A program made the position numbers and the translations under genes. Positions 40,911 through 51,799 of a stretch of DNA of 64,000 bases are shown here, piece by piece. Source of the DNA: Candidatus Yonathbacteria bacterium RIFCSPLOWO2_01_FULL_47_33b (GTDB lineage Bacteria; Patescibacteriota; Minisyncoccia; Phycocordibacterales; UBA1550). Under the pieces are notes generated by a model. The model saw only the letters and a list, made by a program, of their open reading frames with translations, had not been told where the DNA came from and ran no database searches. The stretch is taken from NCBI GenBank assembly GCA_001823575.1, contig MHUW01000016.1, positions 2,099 through 66,098 of the forward strand, written 5' to 3'. Each line of letters begins with the position of its first letter. Position 1 is the stretch's first letter.

Positions 40911-43205
40911 TTATAGTTTCTTAGCCTTAATTCTGAGCGAGTTGGACACCACAGATACACTTGAGAACGCCATCGCAAACCCTGCAAAGACGGGGTTCAA
41001 GAGCCACCCAAAAATCGGATAGAACACTCCTGCCGCAAGAGGGATTCCCACGATGTTGTAAATGAATGCCCAAAAGAGGTTCTGCTTGATGCCGCGCATA
41101 GTCATTTTTGAAAGCTTGATTGCTTTCACGAGCTTGGAAACATCTCCCCCGAGGAGCGTGATGCCGGCTGACTCGATAGCCACATCCGTACCTGTACCCA
41201 TCGCAATACCCACATCAGCTACCGCAAGTGCTGGGGCATCGTTCACGCCATCACCTGCCATGGCCACTATTTTCCCTTGCGACTGTAATTCTTTTATTTT
41301 TGCTAATTTATCTTGTGGTAATACATGGGCGACCACTTCATCAATGCCGACGAGTGCCGCCATATACTTTGCCGCTTTCTCATCATCTCCCGTGAGCATA
41401 ATCACTTTGATCCCCAGCTTGTGGAGGTCGCTCACTGCTTGCTTTGATTCAGATTTTATTTCGTCGGCGACCATCACAAACCCGAGTACCTTTTCTTTCG
41501 TGGCAAGGATGACCGGAGTTTTTCCTTGTGCAGTAAACTCTTCAATTTTCGAAACATCAAATGCAACACCGAGGTCTTTCATGAGTTTAATGTTGCCCGC
41601 ATAGTATTCAATGTCTTTGACTGACCCCTTGAGTCCTTTACCCTGAATACCTTCGAAGGCAGCGACATTTTCTATCACCATATTCTTTTCTTGCGCGTAA
41701 TTTACGATCGCATGCGCAATCGGGTGCTCTGATTTTTTCTCAAGCGATGCAAGTATCGATATGAGTTCGCCATCTTTTATTTCCGAGAGATTTTGAATAT
41801 CGACAAGGGTTGGTTTGCCAATAGTAATCGTCCCCGTTTTATCGACAATAACCGTATCCACCTTGTGCAACTTTTCGAGAGTTGCGGCGTCCTTTATCAA
41901 AATTCCCTCTTTGGCTCCCTTGCCTACTCCTACAATGATTGCCGTTGGTGTCGCAAGCCCAAGCGCACACGGACAGGCGATAACGAGAACACCTACGAAT
42001 GAAACAAGCCCAAACGACAATGCTTGCGAAAATCCAAGGGGTCCATACCCAAACACGAGCCACGCACCCAAGGAAAGGAACGCGATTACAAGCGTAATAG
42101 GGACAAAGACACTTGAGATTTTGTCTGCCAATGCCTGAATGGGCGCCTTACTACTTTGAGCATCCTCTACCATTTTTATAATTTGTGCAAGCAACGTTTC
42201 TGCCCCAACTTTGGTTGCCTTAAAAGTAAAAGCTCCGCTAGTATTTATGGTTCCCGCAACCACACTGTCCCCTACTTTTTTCTGGACGGGCATTGGCTCT
42301 CCCGTAACCATCGACTCATCGACAAACGAGGACCCTTCCGTTATTAGCCCATCAACAGGAATCTTTGCGCCCGGCTTTACCACAATGAGGTCACCGTGCT
42401 TTACTTCGCTAATTGAAATCTCTACTTCTTTTCCATCACGAATAACCAGAGCAGTTTTTGCCTGGAGATTAAGAAGCTTTTCGATAGCATCTCCCGTCTT
42501 TATCTTTGAACGAGCTTCGAGATATTTACCAAGCGCAATAAACGTAATGACGATAATCGTGACATCGTAATATGTTTGGTCAACATTGATAAATGGTCTC
42601 AGCGCATCCTCAAACGAGCTAATAGTAAGACTGTAAAGAAAAGCCGCGGATGTACCGATACCAATAAGGGTGTCCATATTCGCTTTACCGTAACGAAGGA
42701 AGCGGTAGAAACCGAGGAGATACGGTTTACCAACTACAAAAAGTGCGTAGGTTGCAAAAATAGGAAGGAGGTGATGAAAAAACTCGTAAAGCGTGTGACT
42801 CATTTCAGGAACTACTTTATATTGTCCGAGAATGTCCCAACTCATAACAAAAACACTAAAAATAGCGAGAGGAATTATTGAAATGACTTTTGAACGCATA
42901 CTCTCAACTTCAGCAAGTTTCTCTTTTTTTGATTGGTTGAGTCCAAGATGCCCTGCGTGTTCGTCGGCCGACATTCCCATCTCTACAGCGGTGGGGATAA
43001 TAAGGGAGTAGCCAAGCTTTTCTATTTTTTGTGAGAGGTCTTGAGGGTTCGTTTTTGCTTCATCAAAAACAACCTTCACCGTTTCCGTGCCGGGATTTAC
43101 TTCGGCTGATTGCACGCCCTCTGTTTTTTTGAACGTTTTCTCAATGATACCGGCGCACGAGGCGCAATGCATTCCTCTTACATTATATGTTTTTGTCGTG
43201 TTCAT
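40911..43205 (-). CDS. copA: Copper-translocating P1B-type ATPase
   Basis: [33 protein letters not shown] and YN motifs. Confidence 0.97.
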   Translation of the reverse strand: MNTTKTYNVRGMHCASCAGIIEKTFKKTEGVQSAEVNPGTETVKVVFDEAKTNPQDLSQKIEKLGYSLIIPTAVEMGMSADEHAGHLGLNQSKKEKLAEVESMRSKVISIIPLAIFSVFVMSWDILGQYKVVPEMSHTLYEFFHHLLPIFATYALFVVGKPYLLGFYRFLRYGKANMDTLIGIGTSAAFLYSLTISSFEDALRPFINVDQTYYDVTIIVITFIALGKYLEARSKIKTGDAIEKLLNLQAKTALVIRDGKEVEISISEVKHGDLIVVKPGAKIPVDGLITEGSSFVDESMVTGEPMPVQKKVGDSVVAGTINTSGAFTFKATKVGAETLLAQIIKMVEDAQSSKAPIQALADKISSVFVPITLVIAFLSLGAWLVFGYGPLGFSQALSFGLVSFVGVLVIACPCALGLATPTAIIVGVGKGAKEGILIKDAATLEKLHKVDTVIVDKTGTITIGKPTLVDIQNLSEIKDGELISILASLEKKSEHPIAHAIVNYAQEKNMVIENVAAFEGIQGKGLKGSVKDIEYYAGNIKLMKDLGVAFDVSKIEEFTAQGKTPVILATKEKVLGFVMVADEIKSESKQAVSDLHKLGIKVIMLTGDDEKAAKYMAALVGIDEVVAHVLPQDKLAKIKELQSQGKIVAMAGDGVNDAPALAVADVGIAMGTGTDVAIESAGITLLGGDVSKLVKAIKLSKMTMRGIKQNLFWAFIYNIVGIPLAAGVFYPIFGWLLNPVFAGFAMAFSSVSVVSNSLRIKAKKL

Positions 43206-43210
43206 ATTTT

Positions 43211-43474
43211 TTACTTACGTTTAAGTCGATACACTTTTAGTATTTCCTCTATGGCCTTTCCTTCCTTCCCCTTCTTGATCTGCTCTATCGCACAGGAGCC
43301 TAGGTGGCTCTCCATGAGCGCATCCTCGACACCCGAGAGAGCCTGCTTTGCCGCAGATATTTGTGTAATGATATCAATGCAATAAACTCCTTTTTCTAAC
43401 ATGTCTTGCAGCCCGCGCACTTGCCCCTCAACAATCTTAAGCCTCTTGATTAACTTTTTTGTCGATTCTTTCAT
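43211..43474 (-). CDS. csoR: CsoR family metal-sensing repressor
   Basis: [17 protein letters not shown] and HLGSC motifs. Confidence 0.92.
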   Translation of the reverse strand: MKESTKKLIKRLKIVEGQVRGLQDMLEKGVYCIDIITQISAAKQALSGVEDALMESHLGSCAIEQIKKGKEGKAIEEILKVYRLKRK

Positions 43475-43480
43475 ATTTAA

Positions 43481-43510
43481 ATGATATACCCCCTAGGGGT
43501 ATCGTGTCAA
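43481..43510 (-). promoter_or_regulatory. cop operon promoter with CsoR operator
   Basis: ATACCCC-CTA-GGGGTAT (43486-43502) between minus-strand TTGACA (43505-43510) and TATCAT (43481-43486). Confidence 0.85.
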
Positions 43511-43570
43511 GCTATCTCACGTTCGTCTGTTTTTAACAAAAAGCCCCGCATAAATTATACGGGCTTTTTG

Positions 43571-45937
43571 TTACTGCCACTTCCAGTTGAGAATCTCGGG
43601 GAGGTCCTCGCCGTGCTTGTTGATGTATTCTTTGTGCTCGATGAGTTTATCCTGCATCATTTGCTTGAGGTACGCACCCTTTGATTCAAACTTGGGCAAA
43701 CGGCCGACGACATCCATCACGAGATGGTAGCGATCCATGTCATTAAGAACCGTCATGTCGAAGTTTGTCGTAATGGTTCCCTCTTCCTTGTAGCCACGTA
43801 CGTGGATATTTTTATGATTGTTTCGTCTGTACGTAAGGCGGTGAATAAGCCATGGGTAACCATGAAAGGCGAACATAACTTGTTTGTCTTTCGTAAAGAG
43901 CGAATCAAAGTCAGTGTCACTCAGTCCGTGTGGGTGCTCAGATTGTGGCTGCAGTTTCATAAGGTCGACAATATTCACCATACGAATTTTTATTTCAGGG
44001 ATATGTTCGCGCAAAATCATAATAGCAGCAAGAATCTCTCGCGTTGGCACATCACCGCAACTCACCATGACAACATCGGGTTCAGCACCTTGGTCATTAC
44101 TTGCCCACGACCAAATACCAACGCCCTCAGAGCAGTGCCTTACCGCAGCATCCATAGAGAGCCATTGCGGTGCTTGATATTTACCGGCAATCACCACATT
44201 CACATAGTGACGGCTACGCAAACAGTGGTCGTAGACAGAGAGAAGGCAGTTCGCATCGGGAGGAAGGTACACGCGCACCACCTCAGCTTTTTTATTGACC
44301 ACCGTATCAATAAACCCTGGGTCCTGATGCGTGAAACCATTGTGTGCCTGCTGCCACACGTGTGATGCGAGCAGATAATTGAGTGATGCGAGTTTTCTGC
44401 GCCATGGTAGTTTCAAGGTTACCTTGAGCCACTTTGCATGCTGATTGAACATTGAGTCAACAATATGTATGAATGCCTCATAACTGTTAAAGACCCCGTG
44501 ACGCCCCGTAAGGAGGTAGCCTTCTAGCCACCCCTCACATTGATGTTCACTCAACATTTCCATTACCCTCCCGTCTGTTGAGAGAAATTCATCACCCTCT
44601 TGTGTTCGCGCATTCCACTGACGATTAGTAACATCAAATATCGAGTTCAGCCGATTAGAGAGTGTTTCATCTGGCCCAAAAATCCTGAAATTGCGAGCTT
44701 CTTTATTGAGCTCGATGATGTCGCGGAAAAATCCTCCAAGAATTTCAGTGTCTGCGGCTAAAACTGAACCAGGAGAAGGGACGTCTACGGCATATTTTTC
44801 AAAATCAGGAAGAATGAGGTCTTTAAGGAGTAGCCCTCCGTTAGTATGAGGATTGGCACCCATTCTGCTCTGCCCCTTCGGCGCGAGCTCGGCAAGTTCA
44901 GCTATGAGTTTTCCCTCTTCATCAAAAAGCTCCTCGGGGCGATAACTCTTCATCCACTGTTCAAGCTGCGCAAGATGCTCTGGATGTTTGCGGTCTATAG
45001 AAAGTGGTACCTGGTGCGAACGGAAGGATCCCTCGTTGGGTAGTCCGTCAACTTCCTTTGGCCCCGTCCAGCCCTTTGGTGTCTGGAGAACAATCATTGG
45101 CCAACGTGGGCGTGACGCATCTCTGTGGACGCGCGCATGTTGTTGTATCCGTTTAATTTCACTGATAGTCTTGTCGAGCACAGCAGCCATTTGCTGATGC
45201 ACAATTTCCGAGTCGCTACCTTCGACAAAATACGGCTCCCATCCATACCCACGAAAAAGCTGTTCAAGTTCCTCGCGTTCGATACGTGCAAAAATGGTGG
45301 GGTTTGCAATCTTATATCCGTTCAAGTGGAGGATCGGGAGCACGGCGCCATCGGTGATGGGATTAAGAAATTTATTTGAATGCCATGAGGTAGCGAGTGG
45401 CCCCGTCTCTGCTTCACCGTCACCTACCACGCACGCAACCACGAGATCGGGGTTATCAAAAACAGCGCCAAAAGAATGACTAAGTGAGTACCCAAGCTCC
45501 CCCCCCTCATGCATAGAACCAGGGCACTCGGGAGAGACGTGACTCGGAATACCACCAGGGAAAGAAAACTGTGTAAAGAGTTTTTTCATCCCCTCTTCGT
45601 CCTGACTAATGTTTGGGTAGGTCTCGGTATAGGTTCCCTCAAGATACGTGTTTGCCACCAGTGCAGGCCCGCCGTGCCCTGGACCCGAAACATACAGCAT
45701 ATTGAGGTCAAAATTCTTGATGACGCGATTGAGGTGTACGTAAATAAAATTCTGTCCCGGTGTTGTCCCCCAATGCCCGAGCAAGGTTGGCTTCACGTGT
45801 GAAAAATCAAGTGGTTTTTTAAGGAGCGGGTTATCAAAGAGGTAAATTTGTCCCACCGACAAATAATTCGCGGCATGCCAATAAGCATCCATCTTGCGGA
45901 GGAGTTCAGGAGAAAGTGGTTTTTCTATGGTGTGCAT
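43571..45937 (-). CDS. xfp: Phosphoketolase
   Basis: [29 protein letters not shown] and [10 protein letters not shown] motifs. Confidence 0.97.
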   Translation of the reverse strand: MHTIEKPLSPELLRKMDAYWHAANYLSVGQIYLFDNPLLKKPLDFSHVKPTLLGHWGTTPGQNFIYVHLNRVIKNFDLNMLYVSGPGHGGPALVANTYLEGTYTETYPNISQDEEGMKKLFTQFSFPGGIPSHVSPECPGSMHEGGELGYSLSHSFGAVFDNPDLVVACVVGDGEAETGPLATSWHSNKFLNPITDGAVLPILHLNGYKIANPTIFARIEREELEQLFRGYGWEPYFVEGSDSEIVHQQMAAVLDKTISEIKRIQQHARVHRDASRPRWPMIVLQTPKGWTGPKEVDGLPNEGSFRSHQVPLSIDRKHPEHLAQLEQWMKSYRPEELFDEEGKLIAELAELAPKGQSRMGANPHTNGGLLLKDLILPDFEKYAVDVPSPGSVLAADTEILGGFFRDIIELNKEARNFRIFGPDETLSNRLNSIFDVTNRQWNARTQEGDEFLSTDGRVMEMLSEHQCEGWLEGYLLTGRHGVFNSYEAFIHIVDSMFNQHAKWLKVTLKLPWRRKLASLNYLLASHVWQQAHNGFTHQDPGFIDTVVNKKAEVVRVYLPPDANCLLSVYDHCLRSRHYVNVVIAGKYQAPQWLSMDAAVRHCSEGVGIWSWASNDQGAEPDVVMVSCGDVPTREILAAIMILREHIPEIKIRMVNIVDLMKLQPQSEHPHGLSDTDFDSLFTKDKQVMFAFHGYPWLIHRLTYRRNNHKNIHVRGYKEEGTITTNFDMTVLNDMDRYHLVMDVVGRLPKFESKGAYLKQMMQDKLIEHKEYINKHGEDLPEILNWKWQ

Positions 45938-45946
45938 ATTTAAAAA

Positions 45947-47143
45947 TTACTTACCTAATTCACTCGCAATCCGCGCGATCATAAGCTCCTCGTTCGTACG
46001 CATCACCCGCACGCATATGGGTGCAGATGAAGAAGAAATAATTTCTTTGTTTCCCTCGTTGTGTGCCCCGTCAATCGTGATGCCTAAAAATTCCAACCCT
46101 GCGCATATGCGGGTACGGATGCGCGGGGCATTCTCGCCCATCCCTCCGGTAAAGATTACTGTATCAACACCGCCCATCGCCGCTGCGTACGCACCGATGT
46201 GCTTTTTTACCTCATAACAAAAGAGATCAACGGCTTCTTTGGCACGCACATCATTCGCCTGCGCCTCAAGGAGGTCGTACATATTAGAACTGGTCTCCGA
46301 GATTCCCAAGAGTCCCGACTCATGATTGATGAGGTGACTGAGGGATTCAAGCGAGAGTCCCTCACTTTTCATTATATACCAAAGTGTGCCAGGGTCGAGG
46401 TCCCCTGTGCGCGAACTCATCGGAATTCCCCCTGTCGGCGTGAAGCCCATGCTCGTATCAACACTCTTCCCTTCTTTTACCGCCGTAACACTCGCGCCGT
46501 TTCCCAAATGCGCAATGATTACCCGCCCTTCGGCTTTTGATGGATCCACTCTACGTAACTCTTCTATGAGGTAACTACACGAAAGCCCGTGGAACCCATA
46601 ACGACGTACTCCTTTTGCGTCAAATCGTCGAGGAATCGGGAGCAACTGCGCAACGCGTGGCATATCGTGATGGAACACCGTATCAAAACAGGCGACCTGT
46701 ACGAGTGTAGCGTGACGCTCTGCAAATGTTTCGAGAATCGCTATCTCAAGCGGTAAATGCTCGGGGTCGATAGGACTCGTGTCTTTAAGCTCGGCAATAA
46801 GCTCGCTCGTCACCACCGCATGACGGTCACGACCCATCCCATGTACAATGCGGTGCCCCACCACAACAATGTTATTAAAATCAACCTCCTCCCCAAGAAA
46901 CGAATTCAACATTTCTACCGCTGCCCTATAATCTACGAGAGGGGTTTCGCGCACTACCTCCTTGCTTTCTCCTTTAGAGTAAACGAGAAATGACCCCGGC
47001 AGTCCAATGCGGTCAATCTTTCCAATCATTGTCCGCGCAAATGAACCGTCGGCCACATAGAGCGCAAACTTGATACTCGATGACCCCCCGTTGATGGTGA
47101 GAATATATTTTTCCATTACCGTATATGTTTGATTACTTTTCAT
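45947..47143 (-). CDS. ackA: Acetate kinase (start may be 47116)
   Basis: INGGSSSIK, GHRIVHG, FDTVFH, YGFHGLS, HLGNGAS and TNEE motifs. Confidence 0.96.
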   Translation of the reverse strand: MKSNQTYTVMEKYILTINGGSSSIKFALYVADGSFARTMIGKIDRIGLPGSFLVYSKGESKEVVRETPLVDYRAAVEMLNSFLGEEVDFNNIVVVGHRIVHGMGRDRHAVVTSELIAELKDTSPIDPEHLPLEIAILETFAERHATLVQVACFDTVFHHDMPRVAQLLPIPRRFDAKGVRRYGFHGLSCSYLIEELRRVDPSKAEGRVIIAHLGNGASVTAVKEGKSVDTSMGFTPTGGIPMSSRTGDLDPGTLWYIMKSEGLSLESLSHLINHESGLLGISETSSNMYDLLEAQANDVRAKEAVDLFCYEVKKHIGAYAAAMGGVDTVIFTGGMGENAPRIRTRICAGLEFLGITIDGAHNEGNKEIISSSSAPICVRVMRTNEELMIARIASELGK

Positions 47144-47233
47144 CTATCAGTATATCAGATTTTATGGGGAACAGAATTTCTAACCAAAACGAAAAGCTGG
47201 CAAAAAAGAAGCTAAGTCGTCATCACTCACTTG

Positions 47234-47620
47234 TTAGCTGCATGCAATTTTGTAATGCTCTTTGAGCATAGTTTTCCATTCTGCTGTTTCGTTTTTACCA
47301 CGCAAGTCTGTTTTTGTGTAAACGAGTAAAACGGAAACAGATTGTTTTTCTTTGTTCAGGGCAACGACACACCTATTCCCTGAGGTCTTTGAAGACTCCT
47401 TTGTTCCCGCAACCCTGAATTTTGTTTTGATTATCTGTACGCCATCCGCGTCACTGATAACTTCCGCACGGTCAGTAAGGAGGAGATTGTCGATATGCTC
47501 AAGCTCAGCCACAATAGCAAGTCGCGTCGTATCCCATTTCCCTTGATACTTCTTTTGAAAACTTTTGATGAAGTGCCGTTCGGCAAAGTCCTCGATTGTT
47601 ACTGAAAAATTTCCTTGCAT
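47234..47620 (-). CDS. Putative RelE-like toxin
   Basis: Basic 128-aa protein with SKTSGNRCVV...LLVYTK, resembling the RelE/HigB core; 11 bp downstream of the antitoxin. Confidence 0.55.
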   Translation of the reverse strand: MQGNFSVTIEDFAERHFIKSFQKKYQGKWDTTRLAIVAELEHIDNLLLTDRAEVISDADGVQIIKTKFRVAGTKESSKTSGNRCVVALNKEKQSVSVLLVYTKTDLRGKNETAEWKTMLKEHYKIACS

Positions 47621-47631
47621 GGTCTTGGGTC

Positions 47632-48333
47632 CTAATACACCACCTCGGGGTCTTCTTGAGTAATAAGCTCGTAAGGGATAAGCTCGTTGTCTCGACACAA
47701 AAAGTATGGAAGTTGGTTGTGGGTAAAGTTCACAATATCATTCGTATTTTTGTCTTTCCATTTTGTCGCAATCTTTTTCATAAGCGCCCGCTCTTCTACC
47801 GAAAGCGTCTGTATCTTTTCGTTCTTGTTACTGTCAGACTCACTCACTAAAAGCATATCCTTGCCGTCTGCATTTTTGCGCTCTATCACAATCTTGCCAG
47901 ACTCCTCAAGCTCATCAAGGGCGCGGAAAAAAGTGTCCGGAACAGGACCATAAGCGATCTTGCGATATTGCATACCGCTCATACTTTCAAGGTTTTCGTA
48001 GAACCAAGCAAAATCTGCAAGATACAACAGTTTGGCAAGTTTTGTTTTCGTAACTTTGCCGTCATCTTTCTGCGTTAGGCTCATGCGTAAAAAAGAGAGA
48101 ATCATGTGCTTATACTTCCCAATATTGGGGATAGCGCCAGAAAGCAGAGCGTCTACGCCGATACTAAAGAAGCTTGCGAGTTTCTTTGCCTCCTCAACAT
48201 CAAGAGGCTGCTTCCCCGCCTCTATGGCAGTATAGGTAGAACGAGAAACCCCAATAGCCGTAGACACCTGTTCCTGAGAAAGCCCCCTTTCCACACGAAG
48301 ATTCTTGATAAATTGCGCATATTTATTAGTCAT
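47632..48333 (-). CDS. XRE-HTH plus Panacea (DUF4065/SocA-like) antitoxin
   Basis: LRVERGLSQ..IEAG HTH; KTKLAKLLYLADF and YGPVP motifs. Confidence 0.85.
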   Translation of the reverse strand: MTNKYAQFIKNLRVERGLSQEQVSTAIGVSRSTYTAIEAGKQPLDVEEAKKLASFFSIGVDALLSGAIPNIGKYKHMILSFLRMSLTQKDDGKVTKTKLAKLLYLADFAWFYENLESMSGMQYRKIAYGPVPDTFFRALDELEESGKIVIERKNADGKDMLLVSESDSNKNEKIQTLSVEERALMKKIATKWKDKNTNDIVNFTHNQLPYFLCRDNELIPYELITQEDPEVVY

Positions 48334-48457
48334 CCACACATTATACACAATTTTATGCATAAAAAGCAAGCATTTTTGGTTAAGGTTTCATACAATGTGT
48401 GCTATGGTTAAAATACTGGCGTAGTCGAGCCAGTGTAACCAAACTAAACAAACCGCG

Positions 48458-48664
48458 ATGGCAAAATATTACGTAAACAAAAACGCGCAACTGAATGGTG
48501 ATCATGAAGTGCACATTATTAATTGCTCACGATTACCAAACCCAGAAAACAGGTTGTATTTGGGAGACCTTGTCTATTGCTGGCAAGCAGTAAACGAAGC
48601 AAAGAGACACTATCGGCAGTCTAATGGCTGCTATTACTGCTCAAACCCTTGTCACACACAGTAG
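48458..48664 (+). CDS. Small Cys/His-rich protein
   Basis: 68 aa with HEVH...C and GCYYC...CH. Confidence 0.75.
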   Translation: MAKYYVNKNAQLNGDHEVHIINCSRLPNPENRLYLGDLVYCWQAVNEAKRHYRQSNGCYYCSNPCHTQ

Positions 48665-48696
48665 CCCAGGGTGAGGTCAATTGAGTAAAATGTGAC

Positions 48697-48811
48697 GGAC
48701 TATTGAGAGCCAATGGAGAAGGAGGAATGATTGAGTTATGACCACTCCCCTACGGCGCTAGAAAGGCACATCTCACTCATAACAAAACCCACTTTCGTGG
48801 GTTTTGTTATG
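48697..48811 (+). repeat. ~115-bp direct repeat copy 1, ending in a terminator hairpin
   Basis: Aligns with 50392-50513 (GGAGAAGG..., ACGGCG.TAGAAAGGCAC, CTCATAACAAAACCC). Confidence 0.85.
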
Positions 48812-48903
48812 ATTCGACTTCGGACATAAAAAGCGAGATCAAAAAACTTACCTGCTTATAATACTATTTGATTAGATAATTTTTACCTAATCAATATGAT
48901 TCA

Positions 48904-50268
48904 TCAATCAAACAGAGTTGGTTGTTTTATTTTTGTATCGCTGATGTCTTTCTTTACCCCGATTTCTGATTCAAACCACCACTTCAACGGCTGGTATTCG
49001 TCCGTAAGCCCAAAATAAACCATCTTCCCTTTTCTTTCTTTCTCCTCAAGAATGCCGAGATCTTTTAGGGGTTTAAAATAGTACCCAGAAATATTAGAAG
49101 ATTGTTTCCCTAAAATAGTAGATGCCTCTTTCGTACTTATATATTTGTTATTTTTCACAAGAAATGTGAGGATACTTTGCTTCCCTGGCGACAAGTCTGA
49201 CGACACTCTTTCCCAGCGCTCTCGGCCAAGAAGTGTCATTGCTTCATTCATCGACAACGGCTGCACCACGCGATCACTACATTGTCCGAGGATGTCCTTA
49301 ATACCTGTCATGATTGAGCGAATGTCGCCATGATACAGATCGTGCAGTCGAAAAACGACCTCGTCGTCAATCGGCTTAATATACTGTTGAACATTTTTTG
49401 ATTTTAAAAGTTCCATTCTTTTTTCAAAAGCACGCACTACCTCGGTTTTACTCAAAGGTTTCACAACAAGAGGTGTGCGAGTAAAAATACTTTTTACTCG
49501 TTGCTCGGGGGCAATTATTTGACTATAAAAATCTGATGGGCCAAGAAACAAAGAGTACACATCTTTCGTTTGAAGAATGTCTCGGATTTCATTAAAAAAT
49601 GAAATTACCTTTTTCTTGTTATTTTTATCCTTCAAAACAACATCAAAATTGTTTACATGAATAACAAGCCCATAATACTGACGTCCTCCGATTGTTTTTG
49701 TCTTAATAAAACCCAGGAGGTTTAAAAAATGCTGTTCAATTGATGTGGTTGTTAATTTTATAGGTGAGGAGGTGTTTCGTTCTTTACTAAAATTAACCCC
49801 GCCCCCAAAACCAGCGACATCCGCAGAAATACCACCAGAAATTGACATCATTTGGGTAAAATCAATAATAGCATTGAGCTTTGCGAGTGTTGGGTCGGTT
49901 AAAAGCTTCGGCTCTACTAGGGCTATTTCTCGAAGCATCGACCCTATCACCTCCAACAGAAAATTCTGTTTATCCAAGAGTGTGTCCGATGCCTCAATCT
50001 CTCTTCGGCATGAAAAAAGTGGCTTCTCTTTGTCTTGTTTCCAAATAAACTTCTGAAAGTTTGCCAGACTTGTTTTCCCAACACCAGTATCCCCGCACAC
50101 CGTAAGACAAATATTGTTTTCTGACTTAAAAAGACTGCTGAGAAGTTTTCTTTCGTGATCGCGACCAATAAAAGCATCCTCAAGAGAAAGCTCTCCGCCG
50201 TCAACAAGAGGAAGTGTGTCGTATGGGTTTGTTTTCAGCCCGAATTGTTGCCAGCTAATGATTTGCAT
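48904..50268 (-). CDS. AAA+/STAND-like ATPase with C-terminal winged helix
   Basis: FIGRDHE, Walker A GDTGVGKTS, degenerate Walker B HVNNFD, GDIR, then a wHTH tail. Confidence 0.8.
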   Translation of the reverse strand: MQIISWQQFGLKTNPYDTLPLVDGGELSLEDAFIGRDHERKLLSSLFKSENNICLTVCGDTGVGKTSLANFQKFIWKQDKEKPLFSCRREIEASDTLLDKQNFLLEVIGSMLREIALVEPKLLTDPTLAKLNAIIDFTQMMSISGGISADVAGFGGGVNFSKERNTSSPIKLTTTSIEQHFLNLLGFIKTKTIGGRQYYGLVIHVNNFDVVLKDKNNKKKVISFFNEIRDILQTKDVYSLFLGPSDFYSQIIAPEQRVKSIFTRTPLVVKPLSKTEVVRAFEKRMELLKSKNVQQYIKPIDDEVVFRLHDLYHGDIRSIMTGIKDILGQCSDRVVQPLSMNEAMTLLGRERWERVSSDLSPGKQSILTFLVKNNKYISTKEASTILGKQSSNISGYYFKPLKDLGILEEKERKGKMVYFGLTDEYQPLKWWFESEIGVKKDISDTKIKQPTLFD

Positions 50269-50391
50269 AATTCTATACTATAGGCTTTTCAAATTCATCT
50301 ATATCTATCTATAATGGCTTATTATAAGGCGAAAAGCAAGTTATCCACAGCTTAAATTTATGTGTAAAAATATATAACTAATAACCATACT

Positions 50392-50513
50392 GGATTATAG
50401 GGAGCCCGCGGAGAAGGGGGGATGATAGGTTGCGACTACTCACCAACGGCGATAGAAAGGCACCCCTCGCTCATAACAAAACCCCACGTAAATATTTACG
50501 CGGGGTTTTGTTT
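50392..50513 (+). repeat. ~120-bp direct repeat copy 2
   Basis: Diverged copy of 48697-48811. Confidence 0.85.
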
Positions 50514-50515
50514 AA

Positions 50516-51016
50516 TTACTTCTGCGTCGATTCTTTTTTGTTTATCAAGCGATTATTATTTCTTATTATTTTTTTCAAAATCATTACATTATAGTTAGAC
50601 AATTTTGCAACCAACTGGTTATATGTTCTTTGTTTTTTCTGAGCCTCCTTGTTCAAGTCTTCAATTGAATGATCTAGTAACCGATGAACAAGTTGTATTC
50701 TGAATGAATTAAACTCATTCAACTGAGAAATTATCTCCTTGTCGTCACAATACCGCGAGAAAATACCGATAAGTTGACCGAGTGTTTTTTCTCTTAACTC
50801 CTTTGGTTTTGTTTTTACAAACCTTAACTTACTTTTCTTTAATAATCTCACAAACCATTCTTCTTGATATCCTATAGCATTTTGTAATATATGCTCGATT
50901 ACCGCCAAATATAAATAAGACGCCTCTAGAAAAAAATTATTATTTGTTAGCTCATCAATTCGTGGATCGATATATTCATCCCAGTTTTTATTTCGGTCAT
51001 TCATTAGATTCATCAA
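50516..51016 (-). CDS. Helical HEPN-like protein
   Basis: IEHIL, TLGQLI and R-x4-H (RIQLVH) motifs. Confidence 0.6.
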   Translation of the reverse strand: MMNLMNDRNKNWDEYIDPRIDELTNNNFFLEASYLYLAVIEHILQNAIGYQEEWFVRLLKKSKLRFVKTKPKELREKTLGQLIGIFSRYCDDKEIISQLNEFNSFRIQLVHRLLDHSIEDLNKEAQKKQRTYNQLVAKLSNYNVMILKKIIRNNNRLINKKESTQK

Positions 51017-51025
51017 AGTGGTTAC

Positions 51026-51799
51026 TTACCTACTCGTATACTTCTTATATAACTCAAATAAAAAAATGAATGCAGGAATTATTAGAGTTATGAGTTTAAA
51101 AAATACAAACGATAAGGCTAAGAAAGTTGCAAGAAAAAATACCAAACGGGCTCTTATATAGATCGACGAACTTGATGTATCAATAGCATATCCCCCAACA
51201 AGGTTACGCACTACGGATATCTTTCTTCCCCCGTCAAGATTTAGCTCCTCCATCCGAGCTAGCCCCAAATAACTATATTCAATTGTTGAACTTGCGTATT
51301 CTTTCAATTTTTTTGTCTCCAACTGGAAACACTTTTGAGGTGAATTAAATTCACGATAAATTTCATCAACAGAAAGACCGTTTTGATAGTACAAACGTAC
51401 CGCCATAGAACCAAGTTTATTACTTTTACCAAAATCACTTTTATTTAGGTCGTCTGTGTAGAAAGTAAACGGTACCCCTGGACTATTGCTATCAGCATGA
51501 AAAAACCGAAAACTATTTTTGTTTACTAAACACATTTCATGTTTATTAAAAGGAAGGTAAAGGCTTCCATTTAAAATTTCTTTTATATCTTCCCCGATTG
51601 GTAAATCTATTTTGTTGATTTCCTGATCTATTCCGATACTAAATCCGTCAAGAGGGAATCTCTGATAAACCGGCCAATAAAGGAAGGTGGTTAATACTAG
51701 CGCTAAGGTAGCAGAAATTAAAATTATTAAAGACTTACTATTCCCCGAACCAATTGCAGTTCGCTGGAGTGCCTGCTCATCTTGGTTATTTGAAATCAT
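51026..51799 (-). CDS. Hypothetical membrane protein (TMs at both ends)
   Basis: 257-aa AT-rich ORF. Confidence 0.65.
   Translation of the reverse strand: MISNNQDEQALQRTAIGSGNSKSLIILISATLALVLTTFLYWPVYQRFPLDGFSIGIDQEINKIDLPIGEDIKEILNGSLYLPFNKHEMCLVNKNSFRFFHADSNSPGVPFTFYTDDLNKSDFGKSNKLGSMAVRLYYQNGLSVDEIYREFNSPQKCFQLETKKLKEYASSTIEYSYLGLARMEELNLDGGRKISVVRNLVGGYAIDTSSSSIYIRARLVFFLATFLALSFVFFKLITLIIPAFIFLFELYKKYTSR

Noticed and set aside
39480-43510. Copper operon as a novel system
   Set aside because: csoR-copA-HMA/DsbD-cupredoxin with a canonical operator is a known arrangement
50341-50349. TTATCCACA as oriC
   Set aside because: Single perfect DnaA box with no cluster and no dnaA/dnaN nearby
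48697-50513. Diversity-generating retroelement TR/VR pair, retron or integron
   Set aside because: No reverse transcriptase or tyrosine integrase in the window; differences are not confined to adenines; no attC R-box structure
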